A stretch of DNA of 64,000 nt. It comes from an uncultured virus (IMG/VR IMGVR_UViG_2700989551_000001). Its lineage: Duplodnaviria > Heunggongvirae > Uroviricota > Caudoviricetes. A program made the translations under genes and the position numbers. Below are positions 1 through 10,400 of this stretch, one piece after another. The DNA is taken from the IMG/VR virus record IMGVR_UViG_2700989551_000001; one strand, written 5' to 3'. The notes under the pieces are model-generated. The model saw only the letters and a list, made by a program, of their open reading frames with translations, did not search any database and had not been told where the DNA came from. Numbering within the stretch: position 1 is the first letter of the stretch; each line of letters begins with the position of its first letter.

Positions 1-58
1 ATGATCCGGCGACCTTCCGCTTACGAGGCGGACGCTCTACCGGTTGAGCTACCGGGGC
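1..58 (-). tRNA. tRNA-Thr(CGT), 3' end cut by window edge
   Basis: Reverse complement GCCCCGG-TA-GCTC-AACCGGTA-GAGC-G-TCCGC-CT-CGT-AA-GCGGA-AGGTC-GCCGG-ATCAT: D arm and anticodon arm pair. The T-loop starts ATC rather than TTC. Confidence 0.85.
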
Positions 59-247
59 GGATGCCGGAAACCCCCGGCCGTCCGGCGACGGCCCCCACGC
101 GCCCGTCACGGGCCATGGGGCCGGACCGGGAGGCGGGCATGCCGTCGTCCGGTCCGAGGGGCGCGCCGTTTCCGCGGCGCGGGCCGGCGCGGGCCCGCCG
201 TCCGGATCCCGCCGGGACCGGTCGCCCCGGCGGGATCCGCCGCTTCG

Positions 248-318
248 CGCGCCATGGAGGGGTCGAACCTCCGTCTACGGTTTTGGAGACCGTCGGGCTG
301 CCGCTGTCCCAATGGCGC
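248..318 (-). tRNA. tRNA-Trp(CCA)
   Basis: Reverse complement folds as a cloverleaf: acceptor GCGCCAT/ATGGCGC, anticodon arm ACGGT-CT-CCA-AA-ACCGT, T arm GGAGG-TTCGACC-CCTCC. No encoded CCA tail. Confidence 0.92.
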
Positions 319-424
319 GTTCATGTTTTCCGCTCTTCGGTTTTCAAGTCTCGTCGCCGACCGTCCGTGCGGTGGCATGCGACGGTATGCGTCCCCGGTC
401 GCGGGGATCCCCTATGCGGGCCGC

Positions 425-755
425 GTATGCATTCCGGGGCGCGTGTATGCATCCGTATGCATCAGGGGATGCATACGTTTCCGTTCTCCGTTTCGGCTTG
501 TTTCCAGCGTTCCGGGGATGGTCCGGAGGCGTGTATGCATTGTATGCATCATTCCCTTATAGGGGATTCGGGAAAAAGGAAGGAAACCCCATATATTGAT
601 GCATACAATGCATACAAGAGAAAGGAATTATATTTTTTCCTTTATTTATAAGGGTTTTCGGGCTTTTTCCGGGCTTTTTCTGTATGCATCCCCGGATGCA
701 TACAGATGCATACACGCATACAAAACGGGCCGGAAAACTTTACAATATTGTAAAG
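425..755. repeat. Iteron-like block, copy 1 (nested inverted repeats of GTATGCAT/ATGCATAC, AT-rich core); candidate replication origin
   Basis: Outer IR 443-476/682-715 (2 mismatches in 34 bp), inner perfect 20-bp IR 532-551/597-616, AT-rich tract ~617-660, palindrome CTTTACAATATTGTAAAG 738-755. Lies directly upstream of the primase-helicase gene. A second copy is at ~46035. Confidence 0.85.
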
Positions 756-790
756 GCCGGGACCATGCCCGTCCGGCCCCGCCCCCGCGT

Positions 791-799
791 GACGCATAC
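791..799 (+). promoter_or_regulatory. GACGCATAC motif, 9 nt from CGCATA to ATG (representative of an element-wide putative promoter motif)
   Basis: CGCATA 793-798, ATG at 808, no SD. The same spacing recurs at many genes (see findings). Confidence 0.7.
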
Positions 800-807
800 A
801 TGCGCGC

Positions 808-3351
808 ATGATCGAAAACCAGTACGGCCGTCCCGGCATCACGGGCCCGGCCACCCCCGGGCACGCGGACGGGGCGTTCCTCGCCCGCGTCGCCGACCAG
901 CACGTGCTGCTCAGAAACCCGACGGGCGTGACCGGCGTATGCAACACCATCCACCCCATGGCCGGCGACCCCGCGACCGACATGCCCGGCATCCCCATGC
1001 TGCGGAGCCTCGTGCAGAGGGACGGGGCGAGCACATGGACATGGACCGATCCGAGCGGCCTCATGCCCATGTGGGCGATCCGCATGATCAGCGAGATCGT
1101 GTGCCCCGACCCCGACCTGCGCGTCCTGCCCGACCCGCAGGCGCCCGGCAAGGGCATCCTCTACCGGCGCGTCCTGCCCGACCACACCGTCGAACGCGCG
1201 CCCAGCCGATGGGCGCCCATCGGACCCGTGCGCATCGCCTACGGCGGCTCCAAGGCCAAGGACGACCAATTGGACGGGGACGACGGATGGGTCAAGGACT
1301 CGCTCCTCCTCGCCGGACAGACCATACGCCGCGGATGCAGCTTCGTGTGCACGGACGGGGAGATCCGCTTCGAACACGACCCCGTGTCCGGCGCGTGGAC
1401 GCGCACCGAGACCCGATCCGGCGTCACCCGCTCCTGGACCGGCGCGAAAGACCTCGAATGCCGGGAACCGGATTTCAGGACGGCCACGCTCCGGGAGACG
1501 ACGCCGAACCGGGTCGACGAGCCCATGACCTACACGGTGGAGACCGGATGCACGTGCGAACAGGCCGCGACGCTCGCGAACGAGGCCGGATGGATCCTCG
1601 ACCAGTGGACCGGCCAGGACACGGACAGCACCCTCAACCTGCAACGCTCGCTCGCCGCCCCGTTCCTCCGCAGCCATCCGGAATGCGCGTACGTGTACCA
1701 GGGGCCGGGCGGCACCGGCAAAAGCACGCTCGCCAAGGACCTCATGGAGCATCTCGGCGACCAGGCCACGACCATGAGCCTCGACCTGCTCGCCCAGCCG
1801 ACCGCCATGAGCGCCGAAAACAAGATGGGCGACCTGATGAGCCACCTGCTCGCCCTGTCCGACGACTACGATCCGACCCACGGACGGTTCGAGAAGAGCC
1901 TGCCGAACCTGAAGACCCTCCTGACCGGGCTCCTCCCCTTCTCCGCGCGCCGCCAGGGCGAGAACAGCGTGGACGGCATGCCGCAAAGCACGCATCTGAT
2001 CACCACGAACTACCATCTGCCCGTGTCCAGCTCCGAGGCCGAACAACGCCGCTTCGCGTTCAGCACCATCGCCTCGCAGACGACGCGCGCCCGCCACTAT
2101 CTCCCGTTCCGCCGCAAACACGGTTTCTGGCCGTTCATGCTGGTCGGCGCGATCACATGGCTGACGATCGGCGACCGGCAATGCCGGTCCGTCGCGTTCG
2201 TCGACCTGGAAAGCCTGTCCGACATGGAGGTCGCCGCCATCCGCAGCGTGCTCGACACGGGCGTCGTGATCCCCGACCCCGGCATGCGCGTCAACTGGAA
2301 GAACATCGGCCTGGTGCGCACCAGCACGCGTATCGGCAGCGAGGACGGGCGTCCGCACACCGCGTACCGGCCCGCCCCCGAGGGCGACGGCCTGCACGCC
2401 GTATGGAAGGCGTGCGCGGCCGCCGTGTCCGGCATGCCCGCCGACGAGCCCGAGATCCGGCCCGTCCCCGACCGGGATCTCAAGGTCACGGACCCGGACG
2501 GGTGGGCGGACATGATCCGGGAGGCGGATCCGCGGATCTTCCCCTGCCATGCGGACAAGAGCCCGTCCAGCGACGTGCCCCACCATTCGTGGAAGGACGC
2601 GTGCCAGGATCCGCGGGTGGACATGTCGCACCGGATCGACCCGTCGAAGCCGATCTACGGGACGACCGTCGCCGACGACTACATGTGGGTGGACCTCGAC
2701 TGCCACAAGCAGGATCAGACGTCCGGCTGGGAGCAGATCCAGACGGACGTCGGCCCGTACGGGACGCCGCTCCTGCCGCGCACGTTCGCGGTGCGCACCC
2801 CGTCCGGCGGCGTCCACCTCCTCTACCACATCCCTGACGGGGCGCGCCTGAAATCCAGGACGCACAACGGAGGCCAGATCGACTTCAAAATCGGCCGCGA
2901 CGGCTACGTGGTCATGGGCGGGTCCGTCCTGCCCGACGGGCGGCGCTACACGCCGATAGACCGGCCCGAGGATCGGATCCCCGACCTGTCCGACGCGTTC
3001 CTGCGCTGGGCGGAACGCGTCGACGCGACCGACAAACCCCGTCGCCCCGCCCCCGCGCGGACGGCGGCCGCGCCGGCGGGCGGCGCGTACGATCCGCTGG
3101 CCGCGTTCGACCTGCCCTCCCCCGGCGTGGCCGGGGGCCCGGAGGGGGAGCCGGACATGAGCCCCATCCCCGAGGGGCGGCGCAACGACACGCTCTACCG
3201 GTGGGGGTACGGGCGTTGGAAGAACCATCCCGAGGACGGGGAGCGGATCGCGCGGGACATCATGGAACGCGGACGGATCAGCGGGCTGCCCGACCGCGAG
3301 ACGCTCCGGATCGTGAAAAGCGTGAGAAGCTCGGTGGAAGGAGACCGATGA
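808..3351 (+). CDS. Replication protein: SF3/D5-like helicase + bifunctional primase-polymerase (Prim-Pol) + PriCT-like C-terminus
   Basis: Walker A YQGPGGTGKST, Walker B-like LALSDD, sensor ITTN; Prim-Pol motifs WVDLDC, VRTPSGGVHLLY, IDFK..GYVV; C-terminal IPEGRRNDTLYRWG. Confidence 0.85.
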   Translation: MIENQYGRPGITGPATPGHADGAFLARVADQHVLLRNPTGVTGVCNTIHPMAGDPATDMPGIPMLRSLVQRDGASTWTWTDPSGLMPMWAIRMISEIVCPDPDLRVLPDPQAPGKGILYRRVLPDHTVERAPSRWAPIGPVRIAYGGSKAKDDQLDGDDGWVKDSLLLAGQTIRRGCSFVCTDGEIRFEHDPVSGAWTRTETRSGVTRSWTGAKDLECREPDFRTATLRETTPNRVDEPMTYTVETGCTCEQAATLANEAGWILDQWTGQDTDSTLNLQRSLAAPFLRSHPECAYVYQGPGGTGKSTLAKDLMEHLGDQATTMSLDLLAQPTAMSAENKMGDLMSHLLALSDDYDPTHGRFEKSLPNLKTLLTGLLPFSARRQGENSVDGMPQSTHLITTNYHLPVSSSEAEQRRFAFSTIASQTTRARHYLPFRRKHGFWPFMLVGAITWLTIGDRQCRSVAFVDLESLSDMEVAAIRSVLDTGVVIPDPGMRVNWKNIGLVRTSTRIGSEDGRPHTAYRPAPEGDGLHAVWKACAAAVSGMPADEPEIRPVPDRDLKVTDPDGWADMIREADPRIFPCHADKSPSSDVPHHSWKDACQDPRVDMSHRIDPSKPIYGTTVADDYMWVDLDCHKQDQTSGWEQIQTDVGPYGTPLLPRTFAVRTPSGGVHLLYHIPDGARLKSRTHNGGQIDFKIGRDGYVVMGGSVLPDGRRYTPIDRPEDRIPDLSDAFLRWAERVDATDKPRRPAPARTAAAPAGGAYDPLAAFDLPSPGVAGGPEGEPDMSPIPEGRRNDTLYRWGYGRWKNHPEDGERIARDIMERGRISGLPDRETLRIVKSVRSSVEGDR

Positions 3352-3418
3352 TGGGCATGAGCACGGACGATTGACTTCCTCCCCTGCCTGAAGGCGGAGG
3401 ATTCCTACTCCGGTCGGC

Positions 3419-4705
3419 TTAATGAAGCCTTGCGGTTCGGCGGGTTCCCGCTTCACGGGCGTCTGCGTTGCGACCGGCTTGCGCCAGTCCCCGTCTTACG
3501 TCGCCTCTACGGGCGTTTAACGACTCCGCGAGTCCCGCGGCGTCGAGGATGTTCAGTGCGGCGTTCCAATCACGGTCGAGCCGTATGCCGCAGTTCGGGC
3601 ATTCCCATTCGCGTATGTCCAACGGTTTCCTGCCATCCCTGTGTCCGCATTGGGAGCAGATTTGGCTGCTGGGATACCAGCGGTCGATGCGAGTGACGGT
3701 TCTGCCGTATTGGACGCCCAATTGTTGAATGCGGTCGATGATGCGCGTCCAGTTCGCGTCCAACAGGCTTTTCGCCATGCGGGTGCGCGCCAGTCCCTTG
3801 ACGTTCAGGGTCTCCAAGGCGATGGCTTGGTTCTCGCCCGCCACCCGGAATGCCAGCTTGTACGCCATGTCCCTGCGTTGGTTCCGTATCCGACCGTAGG
3901 TCTTGGCCTTCAGGAGTCGTGTCTTCGCATGGTTGTTCGAGCCTTTCTTCTCTCTTGCCAGTCGTTTGTCGAGTTTGCGCAGTCGGCGCGTCTTGTGTTT
4001 CAGGGTGTGTGGGTGGGGTATCTTCTCGCGTGTGCCGTCCGTGTAGACGATGCTCATGAGCGAGCCAAGCCCCATGTCGATGCCGCACGCCTCATGCAGC
4101 GGCTTGGGGGCGTCGGTCTTGTCATCGACTTGCACGGTGAGGCTCGCCTCGTAGGAGCCGTCCGCATGTCTCATGATGGTGACGGTGTTCGGCGTGGACG
4201 GCAGTTCGCGCGTCCAACGGAGCTTGACCCGCCCTATTTTCGGGAGCGTCAGGAACGCCCACTTGCATCCGTCCGCATGCCCGACCTTGAATCGCGCGGA
4301 TTTGGTGAACTCGGCCGACTGTTCGCCGTCCCTGCGGCTCTTGTACCGGGGCAGCCCCGTGCGACGCTTCTTCCCGGTACGGCGGTTGGTCACAATATGC
4401 GTCCTGCCCGCCTTGTAGAGGCGAAGGAAGTTCCGGTAGGCCATGTCCGCGTGGCGTATCGACTGCTGTAAAGGCGTGGATGATACGGCCAGAAGCCATT
4501 CCATGCCGGGTTCTCGCTTCCATAGGGTGAACATGTTGCTCAACTGCGTGCAGGACTGCATTCGCCCATGTCGGCGACGCATAAGCTCCCGCTGGTCGAG
4601 CGTCCAATTGTACGCGTACCGGCATGCGCCGTACAGGCATGACAATGCCTCGCGCTGCCCTTGCGTTGGGTAGGCGCGGTAGTTGTATCGCCTGTAGGAA
4701 CACAT
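3419..4705 (-). CDS. tnpB: RNA-guided endonuclease TnpB
   Basis: N-terminal YNYRAYPT; RuvC motifs GIDMG, ALETLN, DRDWNAA; zinc ribbon CSQC..CPNC. Catalytic D/E/D all present. Confidence 0.95.
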   Translation of the reverse strand: MCSYRRYNYRAYPTQGQREALSCLYGACRYAYNWTLDQRELMRRRHGRMQSCTQLSNMFTLWKREPGMEWLLAVSSTPLQQSIRHADMAYRNFLRLYKAGRTHIVTNRRTGKKRRTGLPRYKSRRDGEQSAEFTKSARFKVGHADGCKWAFLTLPKIGRVKLRWTRELPSTPNTVTIMRHADGSYEASLTVQVDDKTDAPKPLHEACGIDMGLGSLMSIVYTDGTREKIPHPHTLKHKTRRLRKLDKRLAREKKGSNNHAKTRLLKAKTYGRIRNQRRDMAYKLAFRVAGENQAIALETLNVKGLARTRMAKSLLDANWTRIIDRIQQLGVQYGRTVTRIDRWYPSSQICSQCGHRDGRKPLDIREWECPNCGIRLDRDWNAALNILDAAGLAESLNARRGDVRRGLAQAGRNADAREAGTRRTARLH

Positions 4706-4729
4706 GTTTGGTATTAATACTTGGTCTCT

Positions 4730-5146
4730 ATGGATAAGACAAACGATATTCGTAAGGGACGGCACTGCGTCTACGATTTGCATGCGCACTTGGTCTTCGT
4801 CACCAAATACCGGCACGACGTGTTCACCGACGAGCACCTGAAGGCGTTGGAACGCATATTCTCCGACGTGTGCGCCTCGTTCGACTGCCGGTTGGAGGAG
4901 TTCAACGGCGAAACCGACCACGTGCACCTGCTCATATCATTCCCGCCGACCGTGGAGCTCAGCCGACTCGTCAACAGCCTCAAGGGAGTGTCCAGCCGAT
5001 ACATGCGCCGCGACTATCCCGAACTCGCGCGACACTATTGGAGGGCGCAGCGCCTCTGGTCGCCCAGCTACTACGCGGGCACGGCGGGAGGCGCACCGTT
5101 GGACACGTTGAAACGGTACATAGAGAACCAGAACAGGCCCGCGTGA
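4730..5146 (+). CDS. tnpA: IS200-type Y1 HUH transposase
   Basis: HLVFVTKYR, DHVHLL (HUH), LKGVSSR, LWSPSYY, YIENQ. Confidence 0.96.
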   Translation: MDKTNDIRKGRHCVYDLHAHLVFVTKYRHDVFTDEHLKALERIFSDVCASFDCRLEEFNGETDHVHLLISFPPTVELSRLVNSLKGVSSRYMRRDYPELARHYWRAQRLWSPSYYAGTAGGAPLDTLKRYIENQNRPA

Positions 5147-5188
5147 TCCCCCACCGTCCTGAAGGACGGTGTACCCTCACTCAAAACG

Positions 5189-5548
5189 ATGGCGGACACG
5201 CGGGCCGTCCGCCGTCCCGCGGAACGATGGTTCCACGAGGCCGGACCCCTGCGTCTCGACCGGTACATGCGCGGCGGCATGGGCGACGTGGCGCGCATGA
5301 TCGTCCACGACCGGCTGCACCCGGACATGCCCGTCCTGGCGGGACGCCGCCTGGACGAGCTGATCGACGCCCACGCGTACGACGCGCTCATCGCGACGGG
5401 CATGGGCGACATGCTCACCGTCGCCCAATGGACGAGTATCGCCCGCCACGGCGATCCGGCCGCATGCCGGATCCTCGACGGGATGCGACGCGGCATGGAC
5501 GACGCGTTCGCCTGCAGGCGTCTGCGTGGCATGTGCACGCCCGCATAG
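5189..5548 (+). CDS. Hypothetical protein, probably 5'-disrupted by the IS
   Basis: ORF with coding-like GC3. A start with SD (AAGGAG..ATGATG at 3348) overlapping the rep stop lies on the other side of the IS. Confidence 0.55.
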   Translation: MADTRAVRRPAERWFHEAGPLRLDRYMRGGMGDVARMIVHDRLHPDMPVLAGRRLDELIDAHAYDALIATGMGDMLTVAQWTSIARHGDPAACRILDGMRRGMDDAFACRRLRGMCTPA

Positions 5549-5595
5549 GCCCTCTCCGGCGGATCCCGCGCGCGCGGGACGCCGGAAAGGGAACC

Positions 5596-7323
5596 ATGAG
5601 GAACAACAAGATCGTGACGGCAATGGCCTGCGCGACCGCGAGCATGCTGGCCGGCCTGGCACTGGCCCCATCCGCAATGGCGGCCGACACGACCATCACA
5701 CTGCAAGGTGCAGACGGAGCAAGCCTGGCCGGACACACGTTCAACGTCTACCAGATAGGCACATACACCGGAGTGGTGCTGAAAGGCAACCAGATCTCCA
5801 GCCTCGGAATCCAAGGCACCACCGAATCCAACGCATGGGCGGATGACGCCATCACCATCGCCAACGGCTACGACAAGGACACGTCCGACGACATCACCAA
5901 GGTCGGCGGATACGATGCCGCAGGCAGCATCGCCGCCATCGACATGGCCAAGCAGGCCAAGCAGCTGAGCAACATCCAAGCCGCCCTCAACGCCTCCAGC
6001 AGGAAGCCGGCCACCGTCGCGGGCGGAGCCGACCTGACCACGCAGGATGCCACCCTGAACATCACCGTGCCGGAAGAAGGCCTCTACTACATCACCGACT
6101 CCGCAGGCAGCCCGATCATCATCGGCACAAAATCCGGTGCAGGCACCGCCATGAGCGGCGCCCCCGGCCGAACCCTCGGCGTCGCGGTCATCAAGTCGAA
6201 GATCGTGACAACCGACAAGAAGGTCGTCGTGGACCGTGACGGCCGACAGGTCTCCAAGCAGGGTGATGCCGCCGACCCGGTGGCCGTGACCGTGGGCGAT
6301 ACCGTCACCCACACCATCGACGTGACTGTTCCGAACACGGCCGTCAAATTCAAGCTCGCCGACGCCCCTGCCGGACAGGAATACGTGAAAGGCAGCCTGA
6401 AGGTGGCTTTGAGCGGGACTGCCACTGACGTGACCGCCGATACCGTCATCTACGACGGCGAAACCCAGCACGGCGCGAAAACCCTGCCGGGCGACACCAC
6501 TCTCAAGAAGGAAAACGGAACCCCGGCCGACCCGGATATCACCGTTCCGGCCGGAGGCTGGGCTCTGGACGCCATCAAGCTCATCACCACGCAGGGCGGC
6601 AAGAAGATCACCATCACCTACCAGAGCGTCGTCACCAAGGCCACGGCCGAGAAACCATCCGAAAACTCGGTTTCCGGCACCGCCATCTTCAAGGACGGAG
6701 CCCACTACACCGTCGTCACCAATGGCGACAAGGTTGACCTGAAATCCTACGATTTCACCCTCAAGAAGGTGAGCGCAGCCGACGTGAACACGCTCGTGGA
6801 TGGAGCTGAATTCCAGATCCAACGCGGAGACAAATACCTGAAGCTGGATACGACGACCGGCGAATGGTCCGAAGCCGCCGACCAGGCTTCCGCGACCACA
6901 TTCACCACCGGTGACTCCAACAACGACGGCAAGGTCGACCATAAGGACAATGCCGCGCAAAAGGGTCTTATCGCATTCAAGGGTCTCGGCTACGGCACCT
7001 ATACGGTGACCGAAACCAAGGAGCCCGCCGGCTATGCCTCCTATGCGAAGCCGAGCTTCACCGTCACCATCGACGATGCAGGCACCGCCATCAGGTTCGC
7101 CGGCAAGGATCAGCCGGGCCTGACCACCGGTATCGACAACAACACGGTCCAAGTCAAGAACATCACCAACCTGACCCAATTGCCGCAGACCGGTGGAGCC
7201 TTGGCCTTCGCCTTCTGGCTGGCGGTCTCCTGCCCATTGTGGGGCAGTGGAATCGTCCTCGCCGAACGCAGCCTGAAGAACCGTCGCAAGGCAGTCAATC
7301 TGGCCGGCAACGGTCTCGCCTGA
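5596..7323 (+). CDS. Sortase-dependent pilus major (backbone) pilin
   Basis: SD GAAAGGG, signal peptide ending AMA-A, E-box YTVTETKEPAGY, LPQTG + TM + basic tail; adjacent to a class C sortase. Confidence 0.88.
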   Translation: MRNNKIVTAMACATASMLAGLALAPSAMAADTTITLQGADGASLAGHTFNVYQIGTYTGVVLKGNQISSLGIQGTTESNAWADDAITIANGYDKDTSDDITKVGGYDAAGSIAAIDMAKQAKQLSNIQAALNASSRKPATVAGGADLTTQDATLNITVPEEGLYYITDSAGSPIIIGTKSGAGTAMSGAPGRTLGVAVIKSKIVTTDKKVVVDRDGRQVSKQGDAADPVAVTVGDTVTHTIDVTVPNTAVKFKLADAPAGQEYVKGSLKVALSGTATDVTADTVIYDGETQHGAKTLPGDTTLKKENGTPADPDITVPAGGWALDAIKLITTQGGKKITITYQSVVTKATAEKPSENSVSGTAIFKDGAHYTVVTNGDKVDLKSYDFTLKKVSAADVNTLVDGAEFQIQRGDKYLKLDTTTGEWSEAADQASATTFTTGDSNNDGKVDHKDNAAQKGLIAFKGLGYGTYTVTETKEPAGYASYAKPSFTVTIDDAGTAIRFAGKDQPGLTTGIDNNTVQVKNITNLTQLPQTGGALAFAFWLAVSCPLWGSGIVLAERSLKNRRKAVNLAGNGLA

Positions 7324-7441
7324 TCCAAGAGAGACCATGACGCGGGACGTGCGTCGGAAACGAAAACCCGTCGAACGTCCCGCTCAATACCTTTTTTCCA
7401 AAACCATGCCGAACATGAGATTCAAGGGAAGAGAAAACACA

Positions 7442-10400
7442 ATGCACAGCATATTGAAACGTTCCGCCGCACTGATCGCATCCGCGGCCACGCTTCTCGG
7501 CGGAGGCCTGCTCATGGCGGGCACCGCGCAGGCGGACGGGATCGGCCTGCCGGTCATGACCATCCATCCGGCCGCGAGCACATCGTATCCGAAGGAGCTG
7601 GTCAACGGCGGTTTCCAGACGTTCGGCAACCGGATCGTCGACAAACGTTCCGGCGGCTGGCAGTACCTCTCGTTCGTCGACGGCAACGGCATGGCCATGG
7701 AAGGCTCGAGCGAGCGACCATGGGCGAAGGTGGACGGCTGGGATGCCGTGAAATTCGGCTGGAAATCCAATGATTCCGTCAGCGGGCACAGAGGGATCGT
7801 GGAAGTCCAACGCTTTAGGACGGCCGTCAAAGGCAGCACGGGCAACGTGTGGGGCGAGATCGCGGCCGCCACGCAGGGCAAATACCTCTACCAGGACATC
7901 GACACGGCGAACACATCCGACGCCATGTACACGGTCCGTCTGAAGCACGCCAGCCGCAACAAGGACGCCAGGGACAGCATGCAGGTGCTCGTCGGCGCGC
8001 CCGGCCGGGAGAAGCCGGTCACGATGCGCCGCACCATCGCCAATGCGGGCGACAAGGCCGGCGAGGAATCCACCACGATCACGTCCACGGGAACCGGCCA
8101 GGACGACCAGTGGGACACGTACGAGGGCACGGTCCTCGTCCCCAGGGGACAGGATGTCACACGGTTCACGTTCAAAAGCGTGGCCGATTCGAACAGTGCC
8201 GGCCGTCCCGACAGCGCGGAAGGCAACCTGATCGACGATGTCGTGTTCACCAAGGCCTACCAGCTCACGTACGACGCGAACGGAGGCGTGAAAACCCGGA
8301 CCAGCCAGATCGACTACACGACAGGCGGTGAAACCCGGGGCAAGGTGAAGACCGTGCGGGATTCGCCCGCACCGCCCGCAGGCCAAGAGAAGATCGTCAA
8401 CGGCGACTTCGAATACTCGGGGACCGGGGCGGGCCTGTCCGACTCCCCGTTTAACTACGTGAGCCTGAGCCGGAAATCCTACTATTACAAGGATTCCAGG
8501 AACGTCAACCACCGTGTCGCCCTGCCCGCCGGATTCGACGCGAAACGGTTCGCATGGAAAAGCGACCAGACCGGCAAGGATCTAGGCAACCCGCCCTACG
8601 AACAGGCCGGCGACGTGCAGGTGTGGAACAGGTACGACGGCTCCAACCATTACGCCGAACTCACGGCCGCCCAGGCCGGATCGGCCATCTACCAGGACAT
8701 CGACACCGAATCCGACAGCGACGTGCAGTACATCGTCAGCCTCAGGCACGCGAGCCTGAACGCCAGCCACCTGGACAGCATGCAGGTGCTCATCGGCGCT
8801 CCCGGCCACGAGACCCCGGTAACCATGACCCGCGTGACCGCCAACGGGTACGGCGACAAGGTTGGCGAATCCTCCGACACGATCGCCACCAGGGTGTCCA
8901 ACCCGAAACCCGCGGACAGGGAGGACTCCGACCATACAGGCCAATGGGAGACGTACACGGGAACCGTGACCGTGCCCGCTGGGCGGCCGGTCACCCGGTT
9001 CACGTTCCGCAACGTGTCGTCGAAGAGCGCATGGAACGGCAACCTCATCGACGACATCGCGTTCACGAAAGCCCGCAGGCTCGACTATGACGCGAACGGG
9101 GGAACCAAAGCGCAGGCCAGCCAGATCGGCTACAGGACCGACGCGACCCAAGGCGCGGTGGAGACCGTCGCATCCAAGACCCTTCCCACCGAACTGGTGA
9201 ACGGTTCGTTCGATTATCTGCTGGATGGCGGTTGGGATACTATCAGCCCGGTAGGTCGTGGCGGATACGCTGATGACCGTGGTTGGGGCAGGTTCACAAG
9301 TGTGGACCCCGCTAGCGGCGAATACATCCAGAACGCCGGACAGAATCCGGCAACATTCGATTCCACCGGCAAGTGGGTGAAGTGGCCCGGTTTCGATGCT
9401 GCGAAGTTCGGCTGGGCTTCGGACCAAAAGGGCGGACAGCCGCAAGGCGGAGTCGGGTTGACCGACCGGCCCAATGCGGTCGAATTGCAGCAGGATTCCG
9501 TGACAGGCAACACGTATGCGGAGATCGTCGGCTCGGAGAGGGGCAAGGCGATCCTACAGAAGATCGACACGCAGCATGATTCGGACACCGTATACACGGT
9601 GCGTTTCGACCATGCGAGCCTGTCCAAGGAGCACGCGGACTCGATGCAGGTTTTGGTCAACGGCAAGCCCGTGACCATGACCCGCGTCACCAGCAACAAG
9701 GCGGGTGACGAACAGGGTTGGACCGGTACGAGCATCACCACGCACGCGACCAACACCAACCGTTTCCAGCATGACGGCCAGTGGGCGACCTACGAGGGCA
9801 AGGTCACGATCCCGGCGAACACGCCTGTCAGCACGTTCACTTTCAAAGCCCTGAACGCCGTGGACCCGACCAAGGGCAACCTGATCGACAATCTGACGTT
9901 CAAGATCGCATACAGGCTCAGCTACGACGCGAACGGCGGCACGAAGGCGAAGGCCAGCCAAATCAGTTCCATGACCGAGGGCAAGGCGTCCGAGACCGAC
10001 GGCAAGGTGAGGACGGTGGCGGACGAGAACGTCCGGTACGGTTCCCTCGCTAATGGCGATTTCTCCTACCCCTCGTTCTCCGATATTCAGGAGAACGAGC
10101 AGGGAACCGATGCCGATCTGCGCACGTTCCTCAAATCGGATGACGGCACGCTTTGGTACAACATGTCCGTCACCGATCTTTCCAAGTACGGAAAGATCGG
10201 GCAGATCCCCGGTTTCGACTCTTCCAGGTTCGCATGGTCCAGTACCGAGAACGGTTCAAGGGTCGAATTGCAGCAGGATCGCAACACCAAGAACACGTAT
10301 GCGGAGATCGTCGCCCAACAGGACAACACCAGCATCTACCAGAACGTGTCCACCTGCAACGGCGGAGTACTGTACAAGATCCGGCTCAAGCACGCCAGCC

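Larger units (their letters stand above)
3371..5180 (-). mobile_element. IS200/IS605-family element (IS605-type, divergent tnpA/tnpB)
   Basis: Right end reads TCAA on the minus strand at 3371-3374 next to an imperfect hairpin. Left-end hairpin ACCGTCCT-GA-AGGACGGT at 5153-5170. The exact left boundary is uncertain by 1-2 nt. Confidence 0.9.

Noticed and set aside
425..755. CRISPR array
   Set aside because: The repeats are 8-9-bp words in both orientations with no constant repeat-spacer period and no cas genes nearby.
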